NCBI GenBank assembly: GCA_963765205.1 | Contig: CAVXVB010000011.1 | Span: 32,001 to 96,000 of the forward strand | Reading direction: 5' to 3' | Source of the DNA: an uncultured Verrucomicrobiae bacterium | Lineage (GTDB): Bacteria; Verrucomicrobiota; Verrucomicrobiia; Opitutales; JABDGR01 | DNA: 64,000 bases | Part shown: positions 36,369 through 46,039 of the stretch, piece by piece | Numbering within the stretch: the first letter of the stretch is position 1 | Layout of the letters: each line of letters opens with the position of its first letter | The notes under the pieces: model-generated | Database searches by the model: none | Seen by the model: only the letters and a program-made list of their open reading frames with translations | Told to the model about the DNA's origin: nothing | Program-made: the position numbers and the translations under genes

Positions 36369-37051
36369 GTCTGCCGGCGCCATCGCCCACCGCTCCCGCC
36401 CTCGACTCGTGCTGGCGGCGCATCGGCGTCTGGGGCGATCAATCCTGCCCGCAGCTCGCGGATCACGTCCATTGCGGGAACTGCCCGGTCTTCAGCGCGG
36501 CCGGGCGCCAAGTGTTCGACCGCGACGCCTCGGAGGATTATTTGCTTGAATGCGCAAAAATTTTGAGCCGCACGGTGCTGGCGCGCGAGGAAACGTTTTC
36601 GGCGCTCGTCTTCCGCCTCGGCCCGCGCTGGCTCGCGCTGCCCACCCAAGGCGTTGTTTCCATTTCGGAACTCCGGCCGCTGCACCGCGTGCCGCATCGT
36701 TCCGGGAAAATTTTCGCCGGGCTGGTCAACATCGCGGGTGAGCTACAACTAGCGTTCCACCTGCCGACGTTGCTCGAAGTGCCCGCCGCAGCGTCGGCCT
36801 CCGTTTCGCTCAGTCCGCAAATTTATCCCCGGCTTGTATTTTGCCGGGCCGGGGCGCAGGCCTTCGCCTTCGCCGCCGACGAGGTTTACGGCGCTGTCGC
36901 CTTCGCCTTGGCGCGGATGCACCCGGCGCCTGCCGACGGTTCCGTGCTGGCGACTTTTTCGCGCGGGCAGTTTATTTTCAACCGGCGCCCGGTGCGCCTG
37001 CTCGATGACGAATTGCTCGGGCACGCCGTGGCCCGCCAAACCCAGGGCTGA
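36365..37051 (+). CDS. cheW: CheW-family scaffold, WspD-like, with Cys-rich N-terminus
   Basis: CWRRIGVWGDQSCPQL..HCGNCPV, FRLG..WLALP, HRVPHR..GLVNIAGEL. Confidence 0.85.
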   Translation: MSLPAPSPTAPALDSCWRRIGVWGDQSCPQLADHVHCGNCPVFSAAGRQVFDRDASEDYLLECAKILSRTVLAREETFSALVFRLGPRWLALPTQGVVSISELRPLHRVPHRSGKIFAGLVNIAGELQLAFHLPTLLEVPAAASASVSLSPQIYPRLVFCRAGAQAFAFAADEVYGAVAFALARMHPAPADGSVLATFSRGQFIFNRRPVRLLDDELLGHAVARQTQG

Positions 37052-37076
37052 TTTTTTTGTGAATTCCACCAGTCCC

Positions 37077-39855
37077 ATGGATGAATCGCTGCTCGACCTC
37101 TTTCGCCAGGAGGCCGCCGTCCACACCAGCGCGCTTGACGAAGCCCTCGCGGCATTGGCCATCAACCCCAACGACGAAAAGGAAATTGCGGCCGCGCGCC
37201 AAGCCGCGCACGCCCTGTTGGGCGCGGCGCTGCTGGTCGGGCTGGAAATTGCCGTGCCCCTCGCGCAGGCGATGGAAAATCTCCTCATCTCCGTTCCCGC
37301 CTGCCTGCCCGCCGTCGCCCTTGCGGCCTTGCGCCGCGCCAGCGAGTGGCTCCGGCAAATTTCAACCTTGTCGGCCACCGACTTGGCCAACCCGCCGGCC
37401 GCACTATTGGCCACTCGCGAGGCGTGCCTGCAACAGTTGCTTATTTTCGCCGCCGCGGAAACCCCGCTGGTCCTTGAGAAAAAACAACCGGACCAGTCTC
37501 CCCAACTCGAAACCCGAAACCCAAAACTCGAAACCACACTGCCTCCTCCCGAAACTAAAAACTCAAAACTCGTTTTCAACTTATTAGACCTGTATCGCGC
37601 CGAGGCTGAGACGCAATTGGCCGCGCTCGCGGAAGGCCTGGTTGAGCTGGAGGGCGATCTCGCCAACCCGAAAAAAATTGAGCCGATCATGCGCGCCGCC
37701 CATTCGCTCAAAGGCGCGGCACGCATCATCGGCTTGGACTTGGCGGTCGCGCTCGCGCACGCGCTCGAAGACGCGCTCGTCGCCGCCCAGCAAGGCCGCC
37801 TCACCCTCGACGCCGCCGGCATTGACGCCCTCCTGCGCGCGGGCGACTGGCTCGCCCAATTTTCCAAACTCCCGTCGGATCAACTCGCCGCCCCGCCGCC
37901 GGGGCAATGCGCCGCGCAAGCAGCCTGTCTCGTGGAAATGCAGGCGATTCTGGCCGGTGGGGGAAGTGAGACGGGAAAGACGACTGAGGTGCCTGAGGCG
38001 ACTAAAGCGACTGAGGAACAGCCTCCGCCGTCGCAAGATATGTCGAAAGCAGATTCCTTAAATGAAAAACTCGAAACTCGAAACTCGAAACTCAAAACTT
38101 CTTCTTCCGCCTCTGCCGACAGCGTGGTGCGCGTGTCCGCCGCCAGTTTGTCGCGCTTGATGGGCCTCGCCGCGGAGACGCTCGTCGAGTCGCGCCGCCT
38201 CGAACCGTTTCGCGACCGCCTGCTCAAGCTCAAGAACGACCAATTGCAATTTGTCTCCAAACTCGAAGCCGCCCAGGCCGCGGCGGCAGTCCCGGGCGCG
38301 CCCGCGCAAAATCTCGAACCGCTGCGCGCCGCCGCGCAGGCCACGCTCGAGGGCCTGCGCGCGCAATTGGAAAATTTCGACCACGCCGCGCGGCGCACGA
38401 CGCAGGTCTCCGGCCGACTCTATCAGGAAGTCATCGCCAGCCGCCTGCGCCCCTTTGCCGACGGCGCGCAGGCCTTCCCGCGCCTTGTCCGCGATGTCGC
38501 CCGCGCCCTTGGCAAACAGGTGCGCCTGGAAATCGCCGGCCGCGACACGCCGGTGGACCGCGATATTCTGGAAAAACTCGAAGCCCCCCTCAGCCATCTT
38601 CTGCGCAACGCCTGCGACCACGGTCTCGAAACCCCCGCCGAGCGCCTCGCCGCCGGCAAGCCCGCTGTCGGCGTCATCCGCCTCGAAGCGCGCCACCGCG
38701 CGGGCCTGCTCGTCGTGCAGGTCAGCGACGATGGCCGCGGCATCGCGCTGCCCCGCCTGCGCCAAAAAATCATCGAGCAAGGCCGCGCGACCTCCGCCTT
38801 GGCCGCCGCGCTGAGCGACGACGAAGTCCTTGAATTCCTTTTTCTGCCCGGATTTTCCACCGCCGAAAAAGTCACCGAGATTTCCGGGCGCGGCGTCGGG
38901 CTGGACGTTCGTGCGGGCGCTGGCGCGCGAAGTTGACGGCACGGTGCGCGTTTTCACCGGCCCCGGCCGCGGCACGATGTTCACGCTCCAGCTGCCCATC
39001 ACGCGTTCCGTCGTGACCGCGCTGGTGGCCGAACTGGACGGTGAAGCCTACGCCTTCCCCCTCGCCAAACTCCACCGCGCGCTGCGCCTTCCGCGCAACT
39101 CCATGGCCATCGAAAATGGCCACCTCCAAGCGTCCTTCGACGGCGCGTCCGCCGTGGTCGTCTCCGCGCTGTTGGCGCTCGGATTACCCGGCCCGGAAAA
39201 AATTCCCGGCGAGGAAGCCAGCCTGGTCGTTTTTGGCAACGCCGCGAAAATGTATGCGCTGGAAGTGGACCGCATCCTCGGCGAAATGGACCTCGTCGTG
39301 CGCCCGCTCGACCCCCGGCTGGGCAAAGTCCCCGGCATCAGCGCCGCCGCCATCGGCGAGGATGGCGCGCCCATTTTAATCGTGGACGTGGACGACTTGC
39401 CCGCCCGCCTCGAAAAAATCGCCGTCGCTTCCACTCCGCCCACCGTCGCGGGCGAGGACGCCGCGCCGCCCGCCCCGCCCCGCCGCCGCGTCCTGATTGT
39501 GGACGATTCCGCCACCATCCGTGCGACTGAACAGCAGATTTTGGAGCAGGCCGGCTTCGCGGTCGAAACCGCCACCGACGGGGCCGACGCCTGGAACCTC
39601 GTCCGCCTCGCCCCCTTCGACCTCATCGTCAGCGACGTGGACATGCCGCGCCTCAACGGCCTCGAATTCGTCGCGCGCCTCCGCGCCGATGCACGACTGC
39701 AACGCCTCCCGGTCATTATGGTCTCTTACAAAGACCGCCCGGAAGACCACGCCGCCGGGCGCGCGGCCGACGCCAACCTTTACCTCCCCAAAAGCAGTTT
39801 GCAGGATGAATCCTTTTTGCGCGCCGTCCATCAATTGCTGGAAGCTGCCCGGTGA
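37077..39855 (+). pseudogene. cheA: Hybrid CheA-REC kinase, WspE-like, two Hpt domains; 1-nt frameshift near 38909 (possibly assembly error)
   Basis: Hpt AHALLGAA and AHSLKGAA; HLLRNACDHG; DDGRGI; SGRGVGLDV continues in the next frame as VRALAREVDG...; CheW domain; REC IVDDS..DVDMP. Confidence 0.88.
37504..38100 (+). repeat. Heptamer and nonamer tracts in cheA interdomain linkers
   Basis: (GAAACTC)-type tracts at 37504-37535, 37550-37572 and 38066-38100 (LETRNPKL, LETRNSKL); 9-mer GACTGAGGN-type x4 at 37982-38017. Confidence 0.85.
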
Positions 39856-39942
39856 AAATCGGCTTTTTCCATCATGCTTCCACTATCGCTCCCTGTGCAT
39901 TTCATTCTTCATAAATCCAAAATCTAAAATCATACTTCTGCA

Positions 39943-41127
39943 ATGGCTGACTCTGCTGCCCTTGTCTCCGCCCCCGGCGTGCGCCCCCTCACCGTGCTCC
40001 TGGTGGATGACCAGCCCATGGTCGGCGAGGCCGTCCGGCGGATGCTCGCCACGGAGCCGGACATTGCCTTCCACTTTTGCAGCGATCCGACCAAGGCCCT
40101 GCAGATGGCGCGCGACTTTTCGCCCACTGTGATCTTGCAGGATTTGGTTATGCCGCAGGTGGACGGGCTGCAACTCGTCAAATTCTTCCGCGCCAACCCC
40201 ACCACGCGCGACGTGCCGATGATCGTCCTCTCCTCGCGCGAGGAACCCGAGACGAAATCCCTGGCCTTCCAACTCGGCGCGAACGACTACCTGGTCAAAC
40301 TGCCCGACAAGCTCGAAGTCATCGCGCGCATCCGCTACCACTCGCAGGCCTACCTTGCGCGACGCGAACGCGCCGCCGCCCTCGAGGCCCTCAACGCTGA
40401 ACTGCGCGAAGCCGAGCGTTATATGCGCGCTCTTTTTCCCCCGCCCATGGTTGACGCCCACTTGCGCGCCGACTGGACCTATATCTCTTGCACCGCCCTT
40501 GGCGGCGATTCCTTCGGTTATCACTGGATAGACGACGATTATTTCGCCATCTTCGTCCTCGATGTCTGCGGGCACGGCGTCGGCGCGGCGCTGTTGTCCG
40601 CGTCGGCGGTCAACGTCCTCCGGGCGCAGTCGCTGCCGCGCGTGGACTTCAAAAATCCTTCGGCGGTGCTCGCGGGCTTGAACGAGGCCTTCGACATGGA
40701 CAAGCAAAACCAGATGTATTTCACCATCTGGTATGGGGTTTACCGGCGCTCGACGCGCGAACTCGCCCACGCCTCCGGCGGCCATCCTCCGGCCATTCTG
40801 CTCCCCGCCGCCGCGCCCACCTCGCCGCGCCAGCTCAACTGCATCAACGCCCTCATCGGCGCCATCCCCGGCCTGCCCTTTAAATCCGAAACGGTGCCCA
40901 TCGCCCCCGGCGACCGCCTCTACGTCTTCAGCGACGGCGTTTACGAAGTCAATTATGCCGACTGCCCCGCTGAGATGATGACCGTCGAGGATTTCGCCGC
41001 CGAACTCGCGCAACCTGCTCCCCCCGGCGCGCGCAAGGTCGAGGCCATGGCCGCCTTCGTGCGCCGCGCCCAAAACCGCGACCAATTCGACGACGACTTT
41101 TCCCTCGTCGAGGTTTGCTTCAATTAG
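39943..41127 (+). CDS. REC + PP2C (SpoIIE/RsbU-type) phosphatase response regulator in the WspR position
   Basis: WspR-like REC (VDDQPMVGEAVRR, LQDLVMP, GANDYLVKLPD); PP2C motifs GGD, DVCGHG, GHPP, SDGVYE, DDFS. Confidence 0.9.
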   Translation: MADSAALVSAPGVRPLTVLLVDDQPMVGEAVRRMLATEPDIAFHFCSDPTKALQMARDFSPTVILQDLVMPQVDGLQLVKFFRANPTTRDVPMIVLSSREEPETKSLAFQLGANDYLVKLPDKLEVIARIRYHSQAYLARRERAAALEALNAELREAERYMRALFPPPMVDAHLRADWTYISCTALGGDSFGYHWIDDDYFAIFVLDVCGHGVGAALLSASAVNVLRAQSLPRVDFKNPSAVLAGLNEAFDMDKQNQMYFTIWYGVYRRSTRELAHASGGHPPAILLPAAAPTSPRQLNCINALIGAIPGLPFKSETVPIAPGDRLYVFSDGVYEVNYADCPAEMMTVEDFAAELAQPAPPGARKVEAMAAFVRRAQNRDQFDDDFSLVEVCFN

Positions 41128-41291
41128 GACTCTGGCTGCTCTGCTAAAAATAGCCTCAGGGCTACAGCAGCGCGCCGAAAATGCCACGCTCTCCGCTTTG
41201 TGCGTGTGTAGCCCCGGGTTAATCTGGAATAAAGCAGTGTTACTCCAGGGCAAAACCTGGACGCTTCCCTTTCCCGGCTTCCATTCTTCAC

Positions 41292-41326
41292 TTGAGCGTT
41301 AAACGTTAAGCGTTAAATGTTGAGCT
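41292..41326 (+). repeat. Heptamer tract (TTRARCG)n before the RsbW-like start
   Basis: TTGAGCG TTAAACG TTAAGCG TTAAATG TTGAGCT; same family as 45198-45403. Confidence 0.8.
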
Positions 41327-41332
41327 TTACTC

Positions 41333-41758
41333 ATGCGCCACACCTACCGCAACGACCTCGCCGATCTCGCCCGCCTCGCCGCCGACATTGAGGTCTTCGC
41401 TGACCAAAACAACTTGGACAGGGACACCGCGCACGTCTTCAACCTCTGCCTTGATGAAGTTTTCACCAATATTGTCTCCTACGGCTACGCCGACCATCAA
41501 TCGCACGAAATTTTCCTCGACTTAACCGCCGCGCCCCACGAAATCATCGCCGTCATCCGCGACGACGGCCGCGCTTTCAACCCCCTGACCGAAGCACCCC
41601 CGCCCGATCTCGATTCCCCCATTGAAGGCCGCCAAATCGGCGGCCTCGGCGTGCATTTTCTCAAAACGCTGATGGCCCGCGTGGCCTACCGCCGCGAAGG
41701 CGCCTGGAACGTGCTGGAAATGGCCCGCGCCCGCCCCGTCTCCGGCCCTGCATCGTAA
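41333..41758 (+). CDS. Anti-sigma factor / Ser kinase (RsbW/SpoIIAB-like HATPase)
   Basis: LDEVFTNIVSYGY, IRDDGRAFNPL, GGLGVHF, YRREG..NVL. Confidence 0.88.
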   Translation: MRHTYRNDLADLARLAADIEVFADQNNLDRDTAHVFNLCLDEVFTNIVSYGYADHQSHEIFLDLTAAPHEIIAVIRDDGRAFNPLTEAPPPDLDSPIEGRQIGGLGVHFLKTLMARVAYRREGAWNVLEMARARPVSGPAS

Positions 41759-41818
41759 CGATCGGTATGCGTTTGCCTGTTGAATTCTTCGGAAAAGATG
41801 TTAAGGAAAAGTCTAGCT

Positions 41819-42631
41819 ATGAGCCTCTTCAAGACCTTCATCAAAAAACCCCTCGGCTGCGCCTTCACGATTCTGGCCGGCCTCTTTCTGCTCCTGCTCG
41901 TCCTCGGCATCGTCGGGGTGGTGATCGTGGATCATTTCGCCGTGAGTATCGCCGCGCACGAATTACAGCAGCGCACGGGCTTCACCCTGACCGCCGGCCA
42001 GCAGGACATCAGCGCCCTCTCCGGCGCGGTGGACTTGCATGACCTCGAAATTACCAACCCCGACCGCTTCGCCGCCAAGGATTTCCTTAAATTCAATGAG
42101 ATCAAAATCAAGGCCGAGCCGACCAGCCTGTTACATAAACGCATCATCGTGGATGAAGTCGTCGTGGATCTCGATTCCTTCGCCATGGTGCGCAACAAGG
42201 ACGGTTCGCTCAATCTTCTGGCCCTCAAAGACGGCCTGATGGGCCCCGCGCCCGCCACCCCCGCCGCGACCGGGACGAAATCTTCCAGCCCGGCTATCCC
42301 GCCGTTTACCGTACATTCCTTCACCCTCAAAATCAAGTCAGTCAAACTCATTGATTTCAAAAGCAACGGCGGCAAACCCCAGATCGTGAACGTCAATTAC
42401 AGCCGCACCTTTACCGACGTGGACGAGACGAATTACACCACGGCCGCCGTGCAAATTGGTCTCGATCTCAAAGGCGCCGGCTTTTCCTTCCTTGCCGATG
42501 CGCTGGCCAACGAATTGCTCGACCCCACCACCTACCTCGACGCCGCCAAGGGCATCGGCGGCGCGGTCCTCAACGGCGCGGGCACGCTTCTCAACGGCAC
42601 CGGCAGCCTGCTGAAGAAAATTGTTCCCTAA
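41819..42631 (+). CDS. AsmA-like membrane-anchored protein
   Basis: N-terminal TM, then LEITNPDRF, SLLHKRIIVDEV, DGSLNL typical of an AsmA N-terminal region. Confidence 0.65.
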   Translation: MSLFKTFIKKPLGCAFTILAGLFLLLLVLGIVGVVIVDHFAVSIAAHELQQRTGFTLTAGQQDISALSGAVDLHDLEITNPDRFAAKDFLKFNEIKIKAEPTSLLHKRIIVDEVVVDLDSFAMVRNKDGSLNLLALKDGLMGPAPATPAATGTKSSSPAIPPFTVHSFTLKIKSVKLIDFKSNGGKPQIVNVNYSRTFTDVDETNYTTAAVQIGLDLKGAGFSFLADALANELLDPTTYLDAAKGIGGAVLNGAGTLLNGTGSLLKKIVP

Positions 42632-42649
42632 ACTCCACAAGCGTGACCG

Positions 42650-43873
42650 ATGAGCAGCGTTCCCCCATCCCCCGCCGTCGGGCCTGAGCTATTGGCCGGC
42701 GTGGTTGACAACCTCTACACGGCCATTTCTCTTAAAGGGCCGGTGCGCGCAGACGGCCGAATCGTGGATTTTCAGTGGACCTTCGTCAACCGCTCCTATG
42801 AGGAGCACATTCAAGTCACGCGTGAGGAAATCTGCGGCCAGCGCTTGCTCGAACGTTTTCCCGGTTTGCGCGCATCCGGCCTGTTCGACAAGTTCGTCCA
42901 GGTGGTCGAAACCGGCGAACCCTTCGACATCGAACACCATATCCTGCACGATGGCTTGGATTTGCACATCCGGCTCGTCGCGAAAAAATTCGGCGACAGC
43001 CTTCTCACCTCCTTTCATGACATTGCCCGGCGCAAACGCAGCGAGACCGAGCTGAAACGCGTCAACACCGAACTCGAACAACGCGTCGAGGCCCGCACGG
43101 CCGAGCTGCGCCACGCCCAGGAGCGCCTGGAAATCGCCCTCGCCGCCGCCCAGCAAAGCAACCACGCCAAGAGCGAGTTCCTCGCCATGGTCTCCCACGA
43201 TTTGCGCAGCCCGCTCGCGGCCATCCAGGGCTATGTGGGCCTGCTCATCAGCGAGGGCCTGACCCCCGACCAGGTCGAGCAACTCCGCGTCATTGACAGT
43301 TGTGCCGAAGGCCTCCTGCACCTGCTGGACAACTTGCTCCAGTTTTCGCGCCTCGAGGCCGGCCAGTTCCAGCTCGAAAACGAGCCGTTTTTGCTGCCCG
43401 CGTTGTTTGACGAAGTGCTCGCCATTTTCCGCCCCGCCGCCCACCAGAAAAACATCGCGCTGCACGTCGAGACCGATCCCGACCTCCCGCCCATCGTCGT
43501 GGGCGACGCCGCGCAACTGCGCCGCATTCTCACCAACCTCGTCGGCAACGCCCTCAAGTTCACCGACCACGGCGAAATCGTGGTCCGCGCCCGCGTCACC
43601 CCGCTCGCACCGCCTTCGGCTGGTTGGACTTTCCATGGCGAAATCACCGACACCGGTCGCGGCCTCGACCCCGCCCTCGCCCGCCACCTCTTCCAGCCCT
43701 ACACCCAAGGCGCGGCCACCCCGCACCACACCCCCAGCGGCGTCGGCCTTGGCCTGGCCATCTGCCGCCGCCTCTGCGAATTGATGGGCGGCGACATCAC
43801 TTACGCAAGCGTCCCCGGCCATGGCAGCCGCTTTGCCTTCACCATCCAAATCGGCGCGCCACCCCCGGATTGA
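42650..43873 (+). CDS. Cytoplasmic PAS-domain sensor histidine kinase
   Basis: PAS (FVNRSYE..GQRLLERFPG), coiled coil, KSEFLAMVSHDLRSPL, NLVGNALKFT, DTGRG, GVGLGL. Confidence 0.9.
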   Translation: MSSVPPSPAVGPELLAGVVDNLYTAISLKGPVRADGRIVDFQWTFVNRSYEEHIQVTREEICGQRLLERFPGLRASGLFDKFVQVVETGEPFDIEHHILHDGLDLHIRLVAKKFGDSLLTSFHDIARRKRSETELKRVNTELEQRVEARTAELRHAQERLEIALAAAQQSNHAKSEFLAMVSHDLRSPLAAIQGYVGLLISEGLTPDQVEQLRVIDSCAEGLLHLLDNLLQFSRLEAGQFQLENEPFLLPALFDEVLAIFRPAAHQKNIALHVETDPDLPPIVVGDAAQLRRILTNLVGNALKFTDHGEIVVRARVTPLAPPSAGWTFHGEITDTGRGLDPALARHLFQPYTQGAATPHHTPSGVGLGLAICRRLCELMGGDITYASVPGHGSRFAFTIQIGAPPPD

Positions 43874-43956
43874 TAATCCAGGCAAAAGCAAAATTCCCGA
43901 CTGCTGAAATTCTCAATTTGAGCGACAAACCCCAAGGGCTAACGACATCATGGCCT

Positions 43957-44643
43957 TCACCCCTTTGTTCCTTTGCTCCTTTGCTCCTCGGCGCCTTGCC
44001 CCAACGCCCATTCCACCGCCTCTTCCAGCGAACCCACCAGCGGCACCCCGCGGCTGCCCAGCCGCTCCGGGTGCATATGCCCGTGGTGCAGCAACAGGCA
44101 ATCCGCGCCCAGCGCCGCCGCCACTTCGTGGTCGTGTGCGGTGTCGCCAATCAGCAGCACTGTGTGCGCCGCTTCGTGCAGCTCCAGCGCGCGCAGGTGG
44201 GCGTGGCCGCGTGCGACCTTGCCGTCCGCGCGGATGTTGTCCAGCCCGCTTAGCCGCGTGAAGTATGCGGTCAACCCGTAGTGCGCGACCACCTCGCGCA
44301 GCGTGTCCTCCTGATACGCCGACAGCACGGATTGTTCGACCCCCGCCGCCCGCAGCCGTGCCAGCGCCGCGCGCGCGCCGGGCTGCAAATGACATTCGTA
44401 ACGCCGCCGGTTGTAGGCCGCGATGTAGCGCTCGCTCACGTCCGCGAAGGAGTGCGTTTTAAAATCAAACCCCCGCCGTTCGTAAAAGCCCATCACCGGA
44501 AAGCTGAAGTCCGCGCGGTATTCATCCACCGTCAGCGGGCGCAAGCCGGCGTCGTGCAGCAGGTCGTTCAGGATTTCGACGCACAACCACGCGTCGTCCA
44601 GCAGCGTGCCGTTCCAATCCCAGATGACGTGGCGGTGGCGCAT
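43957..44643 (-). CDS. HAD-family hydrolase (phosphoglycolate phosphatase-like)
   Basis: WDWNGTLLDD, IGDTAHD; the 3' end runs into an 8-bp repeat (GGAGCAAA). Confidence 0.88.
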   Translation of the reverse strand: MRHRHVIWDWNGTLLDDAWLCVEILNDLLHDAGLRPLTVDEYRADFSFPVMGFYERRGFDFKTHSFADVSERYIAAYNRRRYECHLQPGARAALARLRAAGVEQSVLSAYQEDTLREVVAHYGLTAYFTRLSGLDNIRADGKVARGHAHLRALELHEAAHTVLLIGDTAHDHEVAAALGADCLLLHHGHMHPERLGSRGVPLVGSLEEAVEWALGQGAEEQRSKGTKG

Positions 44644-44649
44644 GGCGCG

Positions 44650-45171
44650 TCAGTCCATCCGCTCGGGGTGGCGGGAGAAATACACGACCGGCGCCTGCAT
44701 CAGCGCCAGGAACACGAGCGCGCAATTGAGCACCGGGAATGGCAGCCGGGGGCCGGTGTCGTCGGTGTAAACATACAGCGATGTTTCCGCCGCCGCCGGC
44801 GGCGCGGCGGGGTTCGCGTTCTCGACGTAAAGGTTTGCCACATACAACACGTCAAACACCAGCACGAAAACAAACAGCACCGCCGTCACGACTAAAAGCG
44901 CCAGCAACCGCCGCCACAGCCAAGCCGACCGCACCCGCGCATAGGGAAAAACCAGCAGCACCCCAAAACCAACATCAAACACCGCCTCAATTTTCGCCCA
45001 AAACGGCCCGACCCCCATCCAGCGCGCCAAACTCAGCGGCCCCCAGGCCAGCAGAAAAACCCCCACGCCCACGCCCAGCGCGCGCGCCAGCGCCAGTTCC
45101 GCCCGCCGATGCGCCACCAGCGTCGGCCCCTGCAACGGCAGGGCAGGGGAGGTTGGCATCGCGGAAGACAT
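44650..45171 (-). CDS. Hypothetical membrane protein (about 4 TM)
   Basis: Hydrophobic segments; 6 bp upstream of the HAD gene. Confidence 0.7.
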   Translation of the reverse strand: MSSAMPTSPALPLQGPTLVAHRRAELALARALGVGVGVFLLAWGPLSLARWMGVGPFWAKIEAVFDVGFGVLLVFPYARVRSAWLWRRLLALLVVTAVLFVFVLVFDVLYVANLYVENANPAAPPAAAETSLYVYTDDTGPRLPFPVLNCALVFLALMQAPVVYFSRHPERMD

Positions 45172-45197
45172 GGGAGGGAAAGGCTAGACCCTAAAGA

Positions 45198-45403
45198 GTC
45201 AACATTCAACGCTTAACGTTTAACGCTGAACGCTCAAGTAAGATCGAAGTTGTGACCTATGGCGCATGGTTGCTGCCGTTCACCACATAAAAATCTGCCG
45301 CATTACTCGTATACTTTTCCCATTTTGCTTTTTGCATTCTATGTTTTATGTTCTCCATTCTTCCCTTGAGCGTTAAGCGTTAAGCCTTAAACGTTGAGCG
45401 TTG
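45198..45403. repeat. Inverted pair of heptamer tracts between divergent genes
   Basis: (AACGCTN)-type arm at 45198-45239 and (TTRAGCG) arm at 45366-45403 ending 3 bp before the thiE ATG. Confidence 0.8.
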
Positions 45404-45406
45404 CCC

Positions 45407-46036
45407 ATGCTTCTCTCCGCCGCCCGCTTCTACGCCATCCTTGATACGGGTTACGCGCCGCCCCACCGCCTCCCGGAACTTTGCCGCGCCGTGCTCGCAG
45501 GCGGCGCGGATGTCGTGCAACTGCGCGCCAAAGACGCCACCACCGCCCAGCGCGTCGAAATGCTCACCCGCCTCGCCCCGCTCTGCACCGCCGCCGGCGT
45601 GCCTCTGGTTTGCAATGACGACCTCGCGGCTGCGCTCGCCCTCCCCGGCGTCGGTTTGCACGTCGGGCAGGACGACCTCGCCCCGCGCGCCGCCCGCGCC
45701 GCCCTCGGCCCGGAGCGCGTGCTCGGCCTTTCGACCCATTCGCTCCCCCAAGCCCGGGCCGCGCTCGCCCTCGGCGGGGTGTTGACTTATTTCGCCGTCG
45801 GCCCGGTTTTCCCGACCGGCACCAAGCCCGATTACCCGGCGGTCGGCCTCGACCTCGTGCGCGCCGTCGCCGCGTTGGCCCCCAGGTTGCCTTGGTTCTG
45901 CATCGGCGGAATCAACCTAGAAAGCGCCGCGCGAGTCCGCGCCGCCGGCGCGCCCGCCTTCGTCGCCGTCTCGGCTGTGTTGCGCGCCCTGGACCCGGAA
46001 AAAATGGTCCGCGAATTGCGGGCGATTATGGAATGA
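45407..46036 (+). CDS. thiE: Thiamine phosphate synthase
   Basis: VQLRAK, CNDD, LHVGQDD, GLSTH, GPVFPTGTK, IGGIN. Confidence 0.92.
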   Translation: MLLSAARFYAILDTGYAPPHRLPELCRAVLAGGADVVQLRAKDATTAQRVEMLTRLAPLCTAAGVPLVCNDDLAAALALPGVGLHVGQDDLAPRAARAALGPERVLGLSTHSLPQARAALALGGVLTYFAVGPVFPTGTKPDYPAVGLDLVRAVAALAPRLPWFCIGGINLESAARVRAAGAPAFVAVSAVLRALDPEKMVRELRAIME

Positions 46037-46039
46037 GAC

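Noticed and set aside
38890..38940. Programmed ribosomal frameshift in cheA
   Set aside because: No slippery heptamer or evident stimulator; the break falls inside the HATPase domain; similar indels in unrelated genes point to assembly error
41128..41290. Possible STAS/anti-anti-sigma gene between the PP2C and RsbW-like genes
   Set aside because: The gap is too short and contains only palindromic and repeat sequence
45172..45406. TPP riboswitch upstream of thiE
   Set aside because: No CTGAGA or other TPP aptamer core motifs seen; the region is occupied by heptamer tracts
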